The translations under genes were made by a program, and so were the position numbers. This document shows positions 40,299-50,202 of a stretch of 64,000 nucleotides of DNA, in pieces; positions within the stretch are counted from its first letter, which is position 1; every line of letters begins with the position of its first letter. The notes beneath the pieces are model-generated. The model worked only from the letters and a program-made list of their open reading frames with translations. It was not told the origin of the DNA and searched no databases. Source of the DNA: a virus; the IMG/VR virus record IMGVR_UViG_3300025585_000040, positions 1-64,000 of that record; one strand, given 5' to 3'.

Positions 40299-41048
40299 TT
40301 ATTGAGGCTCTGGATCTTCTTCAAAGGGGTAAACCAGTGGAGGCTGCTCAGCTCCTAGAGAGACTGGGCGTTGGGACCACAAGCGGAAAAAATACCGAAG
40401 AGATGCGCCACTTGGATCCCACTCCATGATCTTTCGTTCTAGATACTCAATCGCTCGTATCTGAGTCGGTAGATATTTGTATGTTTCTACTATGTTCAGA
40501 AGACACCCCTCTGTTTTACACACATGAGGAGTCATTGTCGGAATCTCTTTATCAGCCGTGAAATAAGTATCTAACTCCGTTCTGCGACGATTGACTACTA
40601 TTTCGCCGCCAGAGCGCCAAATTGTATTGATATGCGGCGACCATTCTCGAATAATCTCTTTTCTCGAAGCGTGCCCGTTGATCAACGCAAGCAACCGACA
40701 CTTCTTGAACGGCACAATGCCTAGACTATGCGCAAAACTAAGTAAAGCCGCTTTCCGATTTGTATTTAGAGGAACAAAAACATACTCTGCAACTTGATTT
40801 GAAAACTCTTTAAGATCCTCAATCAGCTGCTTTTCAATTTGTGCGTACGTAGCCGTCTCTCTTAAGTTAACCCAGTGTTTGCCTAATTTCTGGCTTCCCC
40901 AGCCAATGCGCCAAATATCCTCACCGTATTCCTTGTATGAACCATAACGCCCCATACCGAGATGAGTACGGGGCTCGCTATAGGTTTTTATGATGTCAAT
41001 ACCCTTTTGTGTTAGAAAAGGGTAATCCTTCCAAGCCTTACGGGACAA
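40299..41048 (-). CDS. Divergent GH24 lysozyme-like protein
   Basis: GIDIIK..WRIGWG..ALLSFAHSLG..RRRTE; start may be slightly downstream. Confidence 0.6.
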   Translation of the reverse strand: MSRKAWKDYPFLTQKGIDIIKTYSEPRTHLGMGRYGSYKEYGEDIWRIGWGSQKLGKHWVNLRETATYAQIEKQLIEDLKEFSNQVAEYVFVPLNTNRKAALLSFAHSLGIVPFKKCRLLALINGHASRKEIIREWSPHINTIWRSGGEIVVNRRRTELDTYFTADKEIPTMTPHVCKTEGCLLNIVETYKYLPTQIRAIEYLERKIMEWDPSGASLRYFFRLWSQRPVSLGAEQPPLVYPFEEDPEPQ

Positions 41049-41424
41049 CTACAGTTCCGACGTACTGCACCTCACTATACCCATCAAGAGTCAGAAGCAC
41101 AATATAGTTTTTTGTTGCATTGGTGACCGTAACGCCCACAGCGCCGCCGCCTTTACCTGCTTTAGCGATGTTGCTGAACTTCGTATAACCAGTGGGGGCA
41201 GCACCTGCGCTGTAATCGTCTTCTTGAAAAATTTCCACCGTGTTAACGCCTGAGGTGTTGTCTAACGTCACAACAATGTCACCTGTGGTTGAGGGGTTAA
41301 CACGGAAACCACGGATATTAAGACCTCCGGTGCTACCAGCCGAAGTATTGCCCACGTAGGTTACTTCTGAACCAGAATCGACCTGGAAGGTGTCAAGGGT
41401 ACCTTTGATGATGCGGGTGGCCAT
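41038..41424 (-). CDS. Probable structural protein
   Basis: 128-aa T/G/V-rich ORF. Confidence 0.5.
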   Translation of the reverse strand: MATRIIKGTLDTFQVDSGSEVTYVGNTSAGSTGGLNIRGFRVNPSTTGDIVVTLDNTSGVNTVEIFQEDDYSAGAAPTGYTKFSNIAKAGKGGGAVGVTVTNATKNYIVLLTLDGYSEVQYVGTVVVP

Positions 41425-41429
41425 TTTAC

Positions 41430-41645
41430 TTAGGAGATCTGTCCGAGCGTGGAGTAATTAAAGCTGATGTTGGCATCGATGCCGTGGTCTTTAAGGATGC
41501 CGAGAAACATCTGTCGATCCAAGGCTTTCTGGTGAAGCACCTCGATGAATGCTTCTTCTAAATCCTCTCGATCCATGTTTTGAATCGCCAGAGCCGCAGC
41601 GTGGATTGTGAATTCCACGTCCATCGGCAGATCTACTGCATCCAT
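41430..41645 (-). CDS. nblA: NblA-like protein
   Basis: LPMDVEFTI..IQNMDREDLEEAFIEVLHQKALDRQMFLGILK. Confidence 0.65.
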   Translation of the reverse strand: MDAVDLPMDVEFTIHAAALAIQNMDREDLEEAFIEVLHQKALDRQMFLGILKDHGIDANISFNYSTLGQIS

Positions 41646-41966
41646 GGTTGATCCAAACCTTATAGCTATCCTAACAGCGCTGAACTGATCGTCAATCAAA
41701 CAGGATAAGGAGTCTCTTCTAACGGCTTGAATCGCTGGTCCACTGTAAAATCTGGGATATCAGGTACGCCTTTAGAAGGTTCTGGGCCCCCGTGCTTGAC
41801 TACGTACTCTTTTAAGAAGCTTTGCGGGGTCCTGTCGCCAATCGTTTGCATCTTGCCCAAGAAGAATGGAACTTAAGCCGTAAATGCTGCCGAAAACCAA
41901 ACCAAACGTTAAAATAACCAGCTCCACGTTATGGACAGCATTTTGACCTAAGATATTCTACAGAAG

Positions 41967-42770
41967 GTGATGCCACAGATGAACAACACAATGGAAGGCG
42001 AGTTCCTGAGCGCAGCTGTTTCAGGCGCCAGCAGGACACACCTAATTCGTTTATACAAAAAACAATACGGTTTAACGGATAAAGAAATAGAGCAGTTGAT
42101 TAAACTGTGTTCATTCCGGGAAAAACCGGATATTATCAATTACGCACGTTTTTACGACGCGGCTATTACCTTGAAGGGAAAGAGGATTTGCTACCCTTTT
42201 ACACAGGTCTATACTTACAATAATCTCGTAACAGAAGAAGAATGTGGTCGGTTAATTGAAAAAATTGAACAGAATCTCAACCCTTCAACTGTAGCAAATA
42301 AAGATGATGAAGATTTTATATCTCCCTACAGGACAAGCAAAAGCGCTAATTTAAATTATTTCCACGATGATTTATATCTTGCCGTAGACAAGAGAATAAC
42401 AGACATTATGGGACTGTACCCGTTTCTAGGGGAATCAATGCAGTGCCAGAAGTATGAAGTTGGACAGTACTATAAAGAACATCATGACTTCTTCACTCCC
42501 TTTACTAAGGAGTATGAGACGTACTGCACTTGGATGGGGCAGAGAACGTGGACTGCTATGGTTTACCTAAATGATGTAGAAGAAGGTGGTGAAACATGGT
42601 TCAAGCACCTAAAATTACGAGTGAGACCAAAAAGAGGGATGTTAATCGCGTGGAATAACCTTTATCGAAATGGGTTACCTAACTTCAAAACATTACATGA
42701 GGCGCTCCCTCCAGTAAGCGGCGAAAAATATGTAATTACTAAATGGTTCAGGAGCTGGAGTTTAATTTAG
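41967..42770 (+). CDS. 2OG-Fe(II) oxygenase (prolyl-4-hydroxylase-like)
   Basis: Y..GQYYKEHHD, YLNDVEEGGET.F, LHEALP, K..ITKW. Confidence 0.9.
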   Translation: MMPQMNNTMEGEFLSAAVSGASRTHLIRLYKKQYGLTDKEIEQLIKLCSFREKPDIINYARFYDAAITLKGKRICYPFTQVYTYNNLVTEEECGRLIEKIEQNLNPSTVANKDDEDFISPYRTSKSANLNYFHDDLYLAVDKRITDIMGLYPFLGESMQCQKYEVGQYYKEHHDFFTPFTKEYETYCTWMGQRTWTAMVYLNDVEEGGETWFKHLKLRVRPKRGMLIAWNNLYRNGLPNFKTLHEALPPVSGEKYVITKWFRSWSLI

Positions 42771-43111
42771 TTGGCGGCAATACTAAACTTAACGACAGCT
42801 CTTACTCCCCCTGTTTCTTTAAAAAAATTCCCCCGAAGATGGCCAACAGGCGCCCCTTCTACGTAATAAATGTACGTTCCATCTTTGGTAATCGTGTTCG
42901 AAATTAAAGGTCCAAAATTTGTGCCATCTACGCTCCCGTCTAAGCGAACCACTACGCTTTCGTCAATATCGTAGACAGTAACCGAAAGAGTGTAGTTCCT
43001 TGTGGTTAGATAATTAGACACATAAACATCAACTACATCCGTAGTGGCAGGGAACTCCAATTCTGGAAAATCAAAAAAAGCAGTTTGTTGCTTGCTTTCG
43101 AAGAAGGTCAT
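42767..43111 (-). CDS. Small structural-type protein, paralog of 59272
   Basis: NYTL..LDGSVDGTNF.P.I shared. Confidence 0.55.
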   Translation of the reverse strand: MTFFESKQQTAFFDFPELEFPATTDVVDVYVSNYLTTRNYTLSVTVYDIDESVVVRLDGSVDGTNFGPLISNTITKDGTYIYYVEGAPVGHLRGNFFKETGGVRAVVKFSIAAN

Positions 43112-43139
43112 AGTGAAGTTATCAATGTATTAAATACGA

Positions 43140-46019
43140 TTATGCCCAAGCACCGATTGAGGTGTCAGCGCCAGAGGCTCCAACTGGATATATTTTGATG
43201 TAGCTTCCAGTTTCTGTTGAATACTGTATCCCAGTGCTGGCAGAAAGAGTGTACTGAGGGATAAAAGTGCCACTTGCGTTGACGCTAAAAGATCCTCTAA
43301 TTTGCACAGAAATGCTATAGGTTGCGATTGTAATACCAGTAGCTAGGTTTATATTGGTAGCCACTGTTCTGAAGCCCAAAACTGGCGTGCTCGCCGTCGC
43401 GGTGCTTGTATTAACAGCAGCCACAACATACTGGTAGGCGATGTTGTTAAACGTGGCTGTCCCTCCAAATGAAATGCCAAAGCTATGAGAAGTAGTACCA
43501 GAACCCCTGGAAAATCTATATACAGCTTCAAACAAATACACCGTAGATCCGGCTACGGTGACGCTTTCCCCAAAAACGCTTTGGGCCGATGTGCCAGTGC
43601 CACCGGGCAATGCACTATTTAGCCTGTAAATCAGGACGGAAGGAGAAAGCCCTCGGCCAGCTGTGGCACTCGGCGTTGTGTAGACGACGTTGCCGTCGTA
43701 TTCGACTGCGCCAGCCGTTGCTGTCGTCAGGTTGGTGCCTGACTGCATGGTGAGCGGTGACAGCGAAGTGGTGCCAGCCGCAAGCGTCAGGTTGCTTGTC
43801 AGCGTACCTCCGGTAAAGCCGCCACTAGGTGGGGCCGCCCAAGTGCCGTCTGCTCTTAAGAAATTGGTGGTGCCACCGCCTGAAGAAGGGGTTAAACCGG
43901 CTAGGGTGTCAGTGAACAAGGGCAAAGTGACATCAGTGCCGGTGCTCGACTCAAGAAGCCTACTGCTGGCTGTGTACGACAGATCGGTGCCGGCTTGGGT
44001 GTTACTGAGCGTTCCCCCACTTAACGACAACCCGGTACCAACACTAATTTCCTCCGCGACACCTGTTCCTGCGGTTGTTCGACCGAGAAGCCGGTTTGTC
44101 GCCATGGAAGTGGAAATGGTCGGCGTAGTTCCTCCACTGCTTGTAATTGGACCAGTAGCCGAAACTGTTGTTACAGGTGCAGTTCCGTTAGAAGCTGAAG
44201 TGACCCGTCCTTTGGCATCAACAGTAATGCTGGCGTATGTATAAGAATCTGCTGTTACACCAGTATTTGAAAGCGTAGCTGCAAACGAGCCAGTACCCGA
44301 ACCGGTGACATCTCCAGTTAAGGTAATAGTCTGATCGCCTGTATTTGTTCCGCTACTAGTACCAGAAAAAGTACCATTCTGCGTCGCAAGAGTTCCGAGG
44401 CCTAGAGTAGTTCGCTGAGCTGCTGCATCTACGTCATCTAATAAGGCACGTCCAGCTGATGTGCAAGTAATCTCCTCGATAACACCGGCGCCTGAGCTAC
44501 TGCGGCCTAATAATTTATCGGTTGCAGATACGTCTTGAATCTTGCCATAGGTGACTGTACTGTTGTCGATTGTCCAAGTAGCACCTGACGAAGAAACAGT
44601 AATATCACCTTTGTCACCATCAGTTAATCCAACAACATTAGAAGATAGTGTTCCACCAGAGAGACTTAAACCTGTACCGACACTGATCTCCTCCGCAACG
44701 CCTGTTCCTGCAGTAGACCGACCGAGGAGCCGGTTGGTCGTCATCGACGTAGAAATTGTTGGGGTAGTTCCTCCACTACTGGTAATTGGACCAGTAGCAG
44801 ACACTGTTGTTACAGGTGCAGTTCCATTAGAAGCTGAAGTGATTCGTCCTTTAGCATCAACAGTAATGCTGGCGTATGTATAAGAATCTGCTGTTACACC
44901 AGTATTTGAAAGCGTAGTTGCAAATGAACCAGTACCTGAGCCAGTAACGTCACCGGTCAATGTAATAGTCTGGTCACCTGTATTTGTTCCACTGCTCGTG
45001 CCAGAAAAAGTACCATTCTGCGTCGCAAGAGTTCCGAGGCCTAGAGTAGTTCGCTGAGCTGCTGCATCTACGTCATCTAATAAGGCACGTCCAGCTGATG
45101 TGCAAGTAATCTCCTCGATAACACCGGCGCCTGAGCTACTGCGACCTAATAGTTTATCGGTTGCGGATACGTCCTGAATTTTGGCGTAGCTAATTGCACT
45201 ATTATCTACCGACCATGTGGCCCCTGATGCGGAAACAGTAATATCGCCTTTGTCTCCGTCAGTTAATCCAACAACATTAGAAGATAGTGTTCCACCAGAG
45301 AGACTTAAACCTGTACCAACACTGATCTCCTCCGCGACGCCCGTTCCTGCAGTAGACCGACCGAGGAGCCGGTTGGTCGACATGGAGGTAGAAATAGTCG
45401 GCGTTGTGCCCCCACTGCTTGTGATCGGGCCAGTAGCGGCTACTGAAGTAACAGGAGAAGTACCGCTTGAGGCAGAGGTAATCCTGCCTTTAGCGTCGAC
45501 TGTTACAGTCGCATACGTATAAGAATTTGCGGTGACACCTGTATTTGAAAGCGTAGCTGCAAATGAACCAGTGCCTGAACCGGTTACATCTCCAGTTAAG
45601 GTAATAGTCTGATCGCCTGTATTTGTTCCGCTACTAGTACCAGAAAAAGTACCATTCTGCGTCGCAAGCGTTCCGAGGCCTAGAGTAGTTCGCTGAGCTG
45701 CTGCATCTACGTCATCTAATAGGGCACGTCCAGCTGATGTACAAGTAATTTCCTCGATAATACCAGCGCCTGAGCTACTGCGACCTAATAGTTTATCGGT
45801 TGCGGATACATTTTGAATTTTGGCATAAGTAACAGCGCCATTATCGATCAGCCAACTAGTACCGCTTCCTGAGACGGTAATATCGCCTTTATCTCCATCA
45901 GTGACGCCAGGGGTTCCCGGAGGTCCCTGCGGGCCGGCCGTTTTTACCTTGACAATTTTGCTATTGACCGCATTGACAACGGTTTTATTGGAGTTCGTGG
46001 TAATAATAATGCGGGTCAT
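43140..46019 (-). CDS. Long tail fibre with three 213-aa repeats
   Basis: Collagen-like GPQGPPG; DGDKGDITVS, LTGDVTGSG and ITVDAKGRIT repeats; 639-nt period. Confidence 0.8.
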   Translation of the reverse strand: MTRIIITTNSNKTVVNAVNSKIVKVKTAGPQGPPGTPGVTDGDKGDITVSGSGTSWLIDNGAVTYAKIQNVSATDKLLGRSSSGAGIIEEITCTSAGRALLDDVDAAAQRTTLGLGTLATQNGTFSGTSSGTNTGDQTITLTGDVTGSGTGSFAATLSNTGVTANSYTYATVTVDAKGRITSASSGTSPVTSVAATGPITSSGGTTPTISTSMSTNRLLGRSTAGTGVAEEISVGTGLSLSGGTLSSNVVGLTDGDKGDITVSASGATWSVDNSAISYAKIQDVSATDKLLGRSSSGAGVIEEITCTSAGRALLDDVDAAAQRTTLGLGTLATQNGTFSGTSSGTNTGDQTITLTGDVTGSGTGSFATTLSNTGVTADSYTYASITVDAKGRITSASNGTAPVTTVSATGPITSSGGTTPTISTSMTTNRLLGRSTAGTGVAEEISVGTGLSLSGGTLSSNVVGLTDGDKGDITVSSSGATWTIDNSTVTYGKIQDVSATDKLLGRSSSGAGVIEEITCTSAGRALLDDVDAAAQRTTLGLGTLATQNGTFSGTSSGTNTGDQTITLTGDVTGSGTGSFAATLSNTGVTADSYTYASITVDAKGRVTSASNGTAPVTTVSATGPITSSGGTTPTISTSMATNRLLGRTTAGTGVAEEISVGTGLSLSGGTLSNTQAGTDLSYTASSRLLESSTGTDVTLPLFTDTLAGLTPSSGGGTTNFLRADGTWAAPPSGGFTGGTLTSNLTLAAGTTSLSPLTMQSGTNLTTATAGAVEYDGNVVYTTPSATAGRGLSPSVLIYRLNSALPGGTGTSAQSVFGESVTVAGSTVYLFEAVYRFSRGSGTTSHSFGISFGGTATFNNIAYQYVVAAVNTSTATASTPVLGFRTVATNINLATGITIATYSISVQIRGSFSVNASGTFIPQYTLSASTGIQYSTETGSYIKIYPVGASGADTSIGAWA

Positions 46020-46357
46020 GACGTATATCCCTCAGATACGTAAAATGTCCCCTGAATATAGTAATCTTTAATCCCACCAGGACTTGTCAATAGGACATCG
46101 TAGTAACACTTATCAACGGTCAACGTAGCCGTTTGCGTATCTGTCAAACTCAACTTAACTTGCCCTTTCGGCCTGTTTACATAAGTGACCGTAAAATCTA
46201 GATACTTAACTGTTCTATCGACATTCCAGAGCTGAGAAGCAACTGTCCAACCAGTTAAATCAATCGGATTCTCATCGTCATCTTCAAACTGCAAATCCAT
46301 GTCGTAAACAGCACGACGTTGTAGTTCGTCATCATAACGCGCTGGACGTACCGACAT
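46016..46357 (-). CDS. Baseplate/tail adaptor-like protein (BppU-N-like)
   Basis: PIDLTGWT..GQVKLSLT..T..YYDV..G.F.V. Confidence 0.6.
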   Translation of the reverse strand: MSVRPARYDDELQRRAVYDMDLQFEDDDENPIDLTGWTVASQLWNVDRTVKYLDFTVTYVNRPKGQVKLSLTDTQTATLTVDKCYYDVLLTSPGGIKDYYIQGTFYVSEGYTS

Positions 46358-46360
46358 TTT

Positions 46361-46846
46361 TTAACCGTTGCAATCTAGTAACGATTTTAACAGCCATTGG
46401 AATTTTTTATGTGCCCGACCTCTTTCTACACCTAAATCGAGGGTAAGTTGATCACCCATCATCTCTGATTTTGCGGCTAAATCCTCAAAGCGCATGGCCA
46501 ACGAATTATGATTGGCCGCCAATTGAGCGATAATCCCCTCTTGGTTGAAACAATCCTCTAAAGGGATAGAAGGCAGCGTTGAATAAGTAAGGTCTTCAAC
46601 TGTTTTAGGAGTGGCAATATTTAACGAACGGATATGCTCAGCAATTGTGTCGATCCCTGCCTGCATTTCTTCATAAATCGCCTCAGTCAACTTGTGAACT
46701 TGATAAAACTTGCCTCCCATTAAGCCCCAGTGAACCAGTAGGGTCTGCTGGTACAGGTGCATGGAGTCCCGCAAGCACTGCACTAAATGGCAATAACAAG
46801 ATGATTTGGCTTCTTCTTCCTTAATCTTTGCCACTTTAATTACCAT
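46361..46846 (-). CDS. dps: Dps/ferritin-like protein
   Basis: HW..G..F..H.L.E..YEE..IDTIAEHIR.L; HKKFQWLL. Confidence 0.88.
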   Translation of the reverse strand: MVIKVAKIKEEEAKSSCYCHLVQCLRDSMHLYQQTLLVHWGLMGGKFYQVHKLTEAIYEEMQAGIDTIAEHIRSLNIATPKTVEDLTYSTLPSIPLEDCFNQEGIIAQLAANHNSLAMRFEDLAAKSEMMGDQLTLDLGVERGRAHKKFQWLLKSLLDCNG

Positions 46847-47139
46847 TTTACGCGATCAGCCCAGTAGGCTGCAGATCCTTTGCCCTTGGCAATATTCTTG
46901 GCGTGCCTCGCTTTGAAGCTGGCACGCTTTTGTTTCATTCTAGCTGACTCACCTTCCTTCGGCTTCCCGGCTGTTTCGGCTCCTTGTTCACCAAATCGGA
47001 TTATCTTTTCACCGCCAGGCACATCATCTCCGCACGCTTTTACAACGTGAGATTTGGTTGGATGATCTGGAGTACGTACCGGCTTGTTACACTGTAATCG
47101 ATCTTTTGCTAGCCGCTTAGCTTTAGCTCGATCTGCCAT
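46840..47139 (-). CDS. Basic phage protein
   Basis: PTKSHVV..KIIRFGEQG..SFKARH..SAAYWA.RVKW. Confidence 0.7.
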   Translation of the reverse strand: MADRAKAKRLAKDRLQCNKPVRTPDHPTKSHVVKACGDDVPGGEKIIRFGEQGAETAGKPKEGESARMKQKRASFKARHAKNIAKGKGSAAYWADRVKW

Positions 47140-47289
47140 CTTTACACCACGATTTGACCAGCAGCTGCCTTTGTCTTGATGTCATCGGCAATAGCACCAT
47201 GCGCCAGCTGCTCAAAACCGGAAGGGATCCGCTCTTTACCAAGCTTTACAATCATATCTTCGACCTTCCCCTCTAGAAACTGTTTTGCG

Positions 47290-47700
47290 TTAGGTCGCGA
47301 CCCAGCCGATGTAGTAATCATTGGATATGTACGGGACCGCAGAGTCCGCCGAAGTTAATTTAATTGAGCAGGGTCTCTGCTCCATCCACTTATTTAGTTT
47401 ATCAAGCCTCTGCTCGCAGTAATTTGGATTACCATCTGTATAAAAAACAGATAAAGGTAAAGAACCCTTGTTTCTGTTGCAACGACAGCAACAGCAAACC
47501 ATATTATTTTTTACGTTTTGACCACCTTTGTGTTTGGGCACGACGTGATCGATTGTCGCCGTGTCCTCTGTTAACTGCTGATCACAATAAGCACATTTCC
47601 ATCCCCACTCTTCAAAAATGTGTTGACGGAACTGACGGCGGGCCAGTTTTGGGGTCAGCGCGACTAGATTGACCAAAAGGTCATCTGCACAAAGGTACAT
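47290..47700 (-). CDS. HNH endonuclease
   Basis: CAYC..TIDHVVPKHKGG..N.V.CC.RCN..K. Confidence 0.88.
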   Translation of the reverse strand: MYLCADDLLVNLVALTPKLARRQFRQHIFEEWGWKCAYCDQQLTEDTATIDHVVPKHKGGQNVKNNMVCCCCRCNRNKGSLPLSVFYTDGNPNYCEQRLDKLNKWMEQRPCSIKLTSADSAVPYISNDYYIGWVAT

Positions 47701-47771
47701 GGTTTGTCATGCATCCATAACAAAACTGTAGGGTGCACACATCTCTCCAATCCGCTAATATTCGAGCGCTA

Positions 47772-47855
47772 GCCACCATGCCGGAACGGTCTACGGATCG
47801 CACTTAAAATGCGTCGGGAGTTTCTCCCTTGTGGGTTCGAATCCCACTGGTGGTA
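47772..47855 (+). tRNA. trnL: tRNA-Leu(UAA), intronless, CCA not encoded
   Basis: Acceptor GCCACCA/TGGTGGT; anticodon loop CT-TAA-AA; long variable arm; GTGGG-TTCGAAT-CCCAC. Confidence 0.9.
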
Positions 47856-47899
47856 TCTAAATTCACATAGTTTAAATTTCCGCAGACTTAGTTCTGTGC

Positions 47900-48193
47900 G
47901 TGAGCGTCGAAAAGACTCGAGCAGCCAATAAACGAGCACGTGAAGCTAGACGCCAGTGGTATCAAGCCTTGATGGAAGGGCGTCAATGTGAACTTTGTGG
48001 TGAAGATGACCCAGTCACACTGGATTGGCATCACCGTGATCCGACTCAGAAGGAGTACTCAGTTGCCAAAATGTGGAAGGATCGAGGAAGGCAGTCGATA
48101 TTAGACGAAATCGCCAAATGTCAGTGCCTGTGCTCCAACTGTCACAGGAAGGTGCACAGAGACCTGCGGCTTCAGTCCGTCAAACCGATGTGA
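47900..48193 (+). CDS. HNH endonuclease
   Basis: CELCG..LDWHHRDP..K..CQCLCSNCHRKVH. Confidence 0.85.
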   Translation: MSVEKTRAANKRAREARRQWYQALMEGRQCELCGEDDPVTLDWHHRDPTQKEYSVAKMWKDRGRQSILDEIAKCQCLCSNCHRKVHRDLRLQSVKPM

Positions 48194-48650
48194 TGTAGAA
48201 AAACATCCTCTTCCTCATCAGCTGGGTCGTAATCCGCGTCCTCGAGAAGACGGAGGACAAAGTAACGAATGCGGTCGGTAACCCACCGAAGATCTTCTTC
48301 TGAAACGTCACAGACAATGGCGTCTAGACGAAGCTCTCGAGATGGTTCACGAATGTGATCTGCCAATAACTCAAGAGCTCGGTAGCGTCCTCGGTTTAGT
48401 TCCCCTAGCATTTCATCCCATCGCTGCAGCAAGTTTATTTTCATCCTCAGCATCTTTCAATTTTTCTTTGAGGATGCTGAGGATTTCAAGGGCTCCTTGA
48501 ACTTTCAAGAAACCTTCCTTGGTTGCGATCAATGAGGATTCAGCGGCACGAATGTCTTTGGCTAGGCTGTCTAATTGTGCTCGAAGGCTGATTTCTAGTT
48601 CGTTGATTAAGTCCAACATGGTCATCGAAATGCATTAAGAGTCTAACTGA

Positions 48651-49904
48651 TTACTTTTTGAGGAATTTAAATCCGACCCAACACCACCCACTGGCTCCGC
48701 CGCCAGGGCAAAATCGCCCCTCAAAATTCTTGTAAGAATACCGGATATTGCGTCCAACAGTAGGGCCTGTCTTTTCCCAACCACCGTTCACCATATCCAG
48801 CTCCCCGTAAGGGTCCTGAACTAACCAACTTTTTTTATCATATCCAGTAATAACAACGAAGTGCCCGCCGCCAGTAGGACGAGCAGCAGTTCCATGATGA
48901 AGAATACCGGCAGCAACAGGGAGTCCTTTGTCAATCTGCGCTTTAACAATGTCAGCGTCTGCAGTTGTAATAAAATTAGCACCAACTCCTAATTCAGCAA
49001 GAGCCCGGAAGTGTGGCTCTCTGTGGGTGGTATCCCCATATTTGTTGACGATCCTCAGGTAATCTAGATCGTCGTTGATGCCTGGGGTATCGATGTACTT
49101 CAGACACATGGCAATGCTGCTGGTCTGGCACTGACGCCAGCCCTCTGGGCCGTTGTCGCGTTGGTAGAAGTAAGGGAAATTACGAAGGTAGCGCAGATCC
49201 CCGTCGACGGCATACGGGTGCATCGAGTTATCTGTGATGAGCCCCTTCCAATGCTTGTCGAACACCCACCAGTTACCGAGACCGAACCCAAACTCAAGGA
49301 GGGTATGTCCATCCTTACGGTCTAGGACATGGCAGTTGCGGTATGTGCGGACACCAGAAACGTTGGCCTTCTCGTCGTTCGGTAGTTCATAAGACGGGAT
49401 CGGTTTCTTCTTGAGCCAGGTCTGCTGAATAGATGTAATTTCAATCAAACCAGTCTTCGGTCGCGGTGGTTCTTTACAGAATAATTCAACTTCGGCGGAG
49501 CGACGGCGTTTTAAACCTTCCAGAGGTTTGCCGTTCGCTTTGTCCCAGCGGGGGAGTTCCGCTTTAGCGACAGTGCAGGGATCTTCACCAGAATTGAGAC
49601 GGCGTATAAGGGTAGATGAGGTAAACGCACTTACGCCAACGTTAAAGGCAAACGCGACCAAAGCGTCGAATTGATTCTGCTCGAGCTTGATGGTAACATT
49701 CTTATTGATCGTGTCTTCAAAGCGGATTAGATCCTGTTTAAGTAGGTATTCGGCTCTCGATGCCTTAACCTCCATACCTTCTTTTACATCTGGCCCGGTG
49801 TGTCCGTAGCCTATTGTCCACACGCCAGCGGGACATAAATAGCTTTTAGTGCGGAAACCTTCGAATTGTTTAATTAAATCGACGCCAACCTGAGATGTCT
49901 TCAT
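48651..49904 (-). CDS. Endolysin: GH24 lysozyme plus C39-like peptidase
   Basis: IKQFEG..YLCPAGVWTIGYGHT, NQFDALVAFAFNVG, RRRSAE; then QC..S.AM, GHFVVI.GY, DPYG. Confidence 0.9.
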   Translation of the reverse strand: MKTSQVGVDLIKQFEGFRTKSYLCPAGVWTIGYGHTGPDVKEGMEVKASRAEYLLKQDLIRFEDTINKNVTIKLEQNQFDALVAFAFNVGVSAFTSSTLIRRLNSGEDPCTVAKAELPRWDKANGKPLEGLKRRRSAEVELFCKEPPRPKTGLIEITSIQQTWLKKKPIPSYELPNDEKANVSGVRTYRNCHVLDRKDGHTLLEFGFGLGNWWVFDKHWKGLITDNSMHPYAVDGDLRYLRNFPYFYQRDNGPEGWRQCQTSSIAMCLKYIDTPGINDDLDYLRIVNKYGDTTHREPHFRALAELGVGANFITTADADIVKAQIDKGLPVAAGILHHGTAARPTGGGHFVVITGYDKKSWLVQDPYGELDMVNGGWEKTGPTVGRNIRYSYKNFEGRFCPGGGASGWCWVGFKFLKK

Positions 49905-49941
49905 GGAAGTTTTGTAGTTACTTCCAGTTTACATATCAAAT

Positions 49942-50196
49942 TTATTCAGCGTTACGAGATAAGCTAATCAACGTTGTAAGTACTCCCATCATTACGGTAA
50001 TGGTACGAGAGTCGACATCGACGCATCCCATAGGCGCAGGATCAATCTTTTCACTTTGATCTGTACCTACATATTTGGCATACCAAGGCCAGACGGTAGG
50101 AAGAACATAGAACCGGCAAGAACCCCACTGAAGTACAGATACAACAAGAATGGCTGTAGAACAACCAACAATAGAGCGCCACAGCCAGTTAGTCAT
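49942..50196 (-). CDS. Small membrane protein, holin candidate
   Basis: Two hydrophobic segments; immediately upstream of the endolysin. Confidence 0.4.
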   Translation of the reverse strand: MTNWLWRSIVGCSTAILVVSVLQWGSCRFYVLPTVWPWYAKYVGTDQSEKIDPAPMGCVDVDSRTITVMMGVLTTLISLSRNAE

Positions 50197-50202
50197 TGTA
50201 CT

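Noticed and set aside
43690-45522. + strand ORFs inside the tail fibre gene, and similar shadow ORFs elsewhere
   Set aside because: Antisense shadows of repetitive S/T/G codons with no independent motifs.
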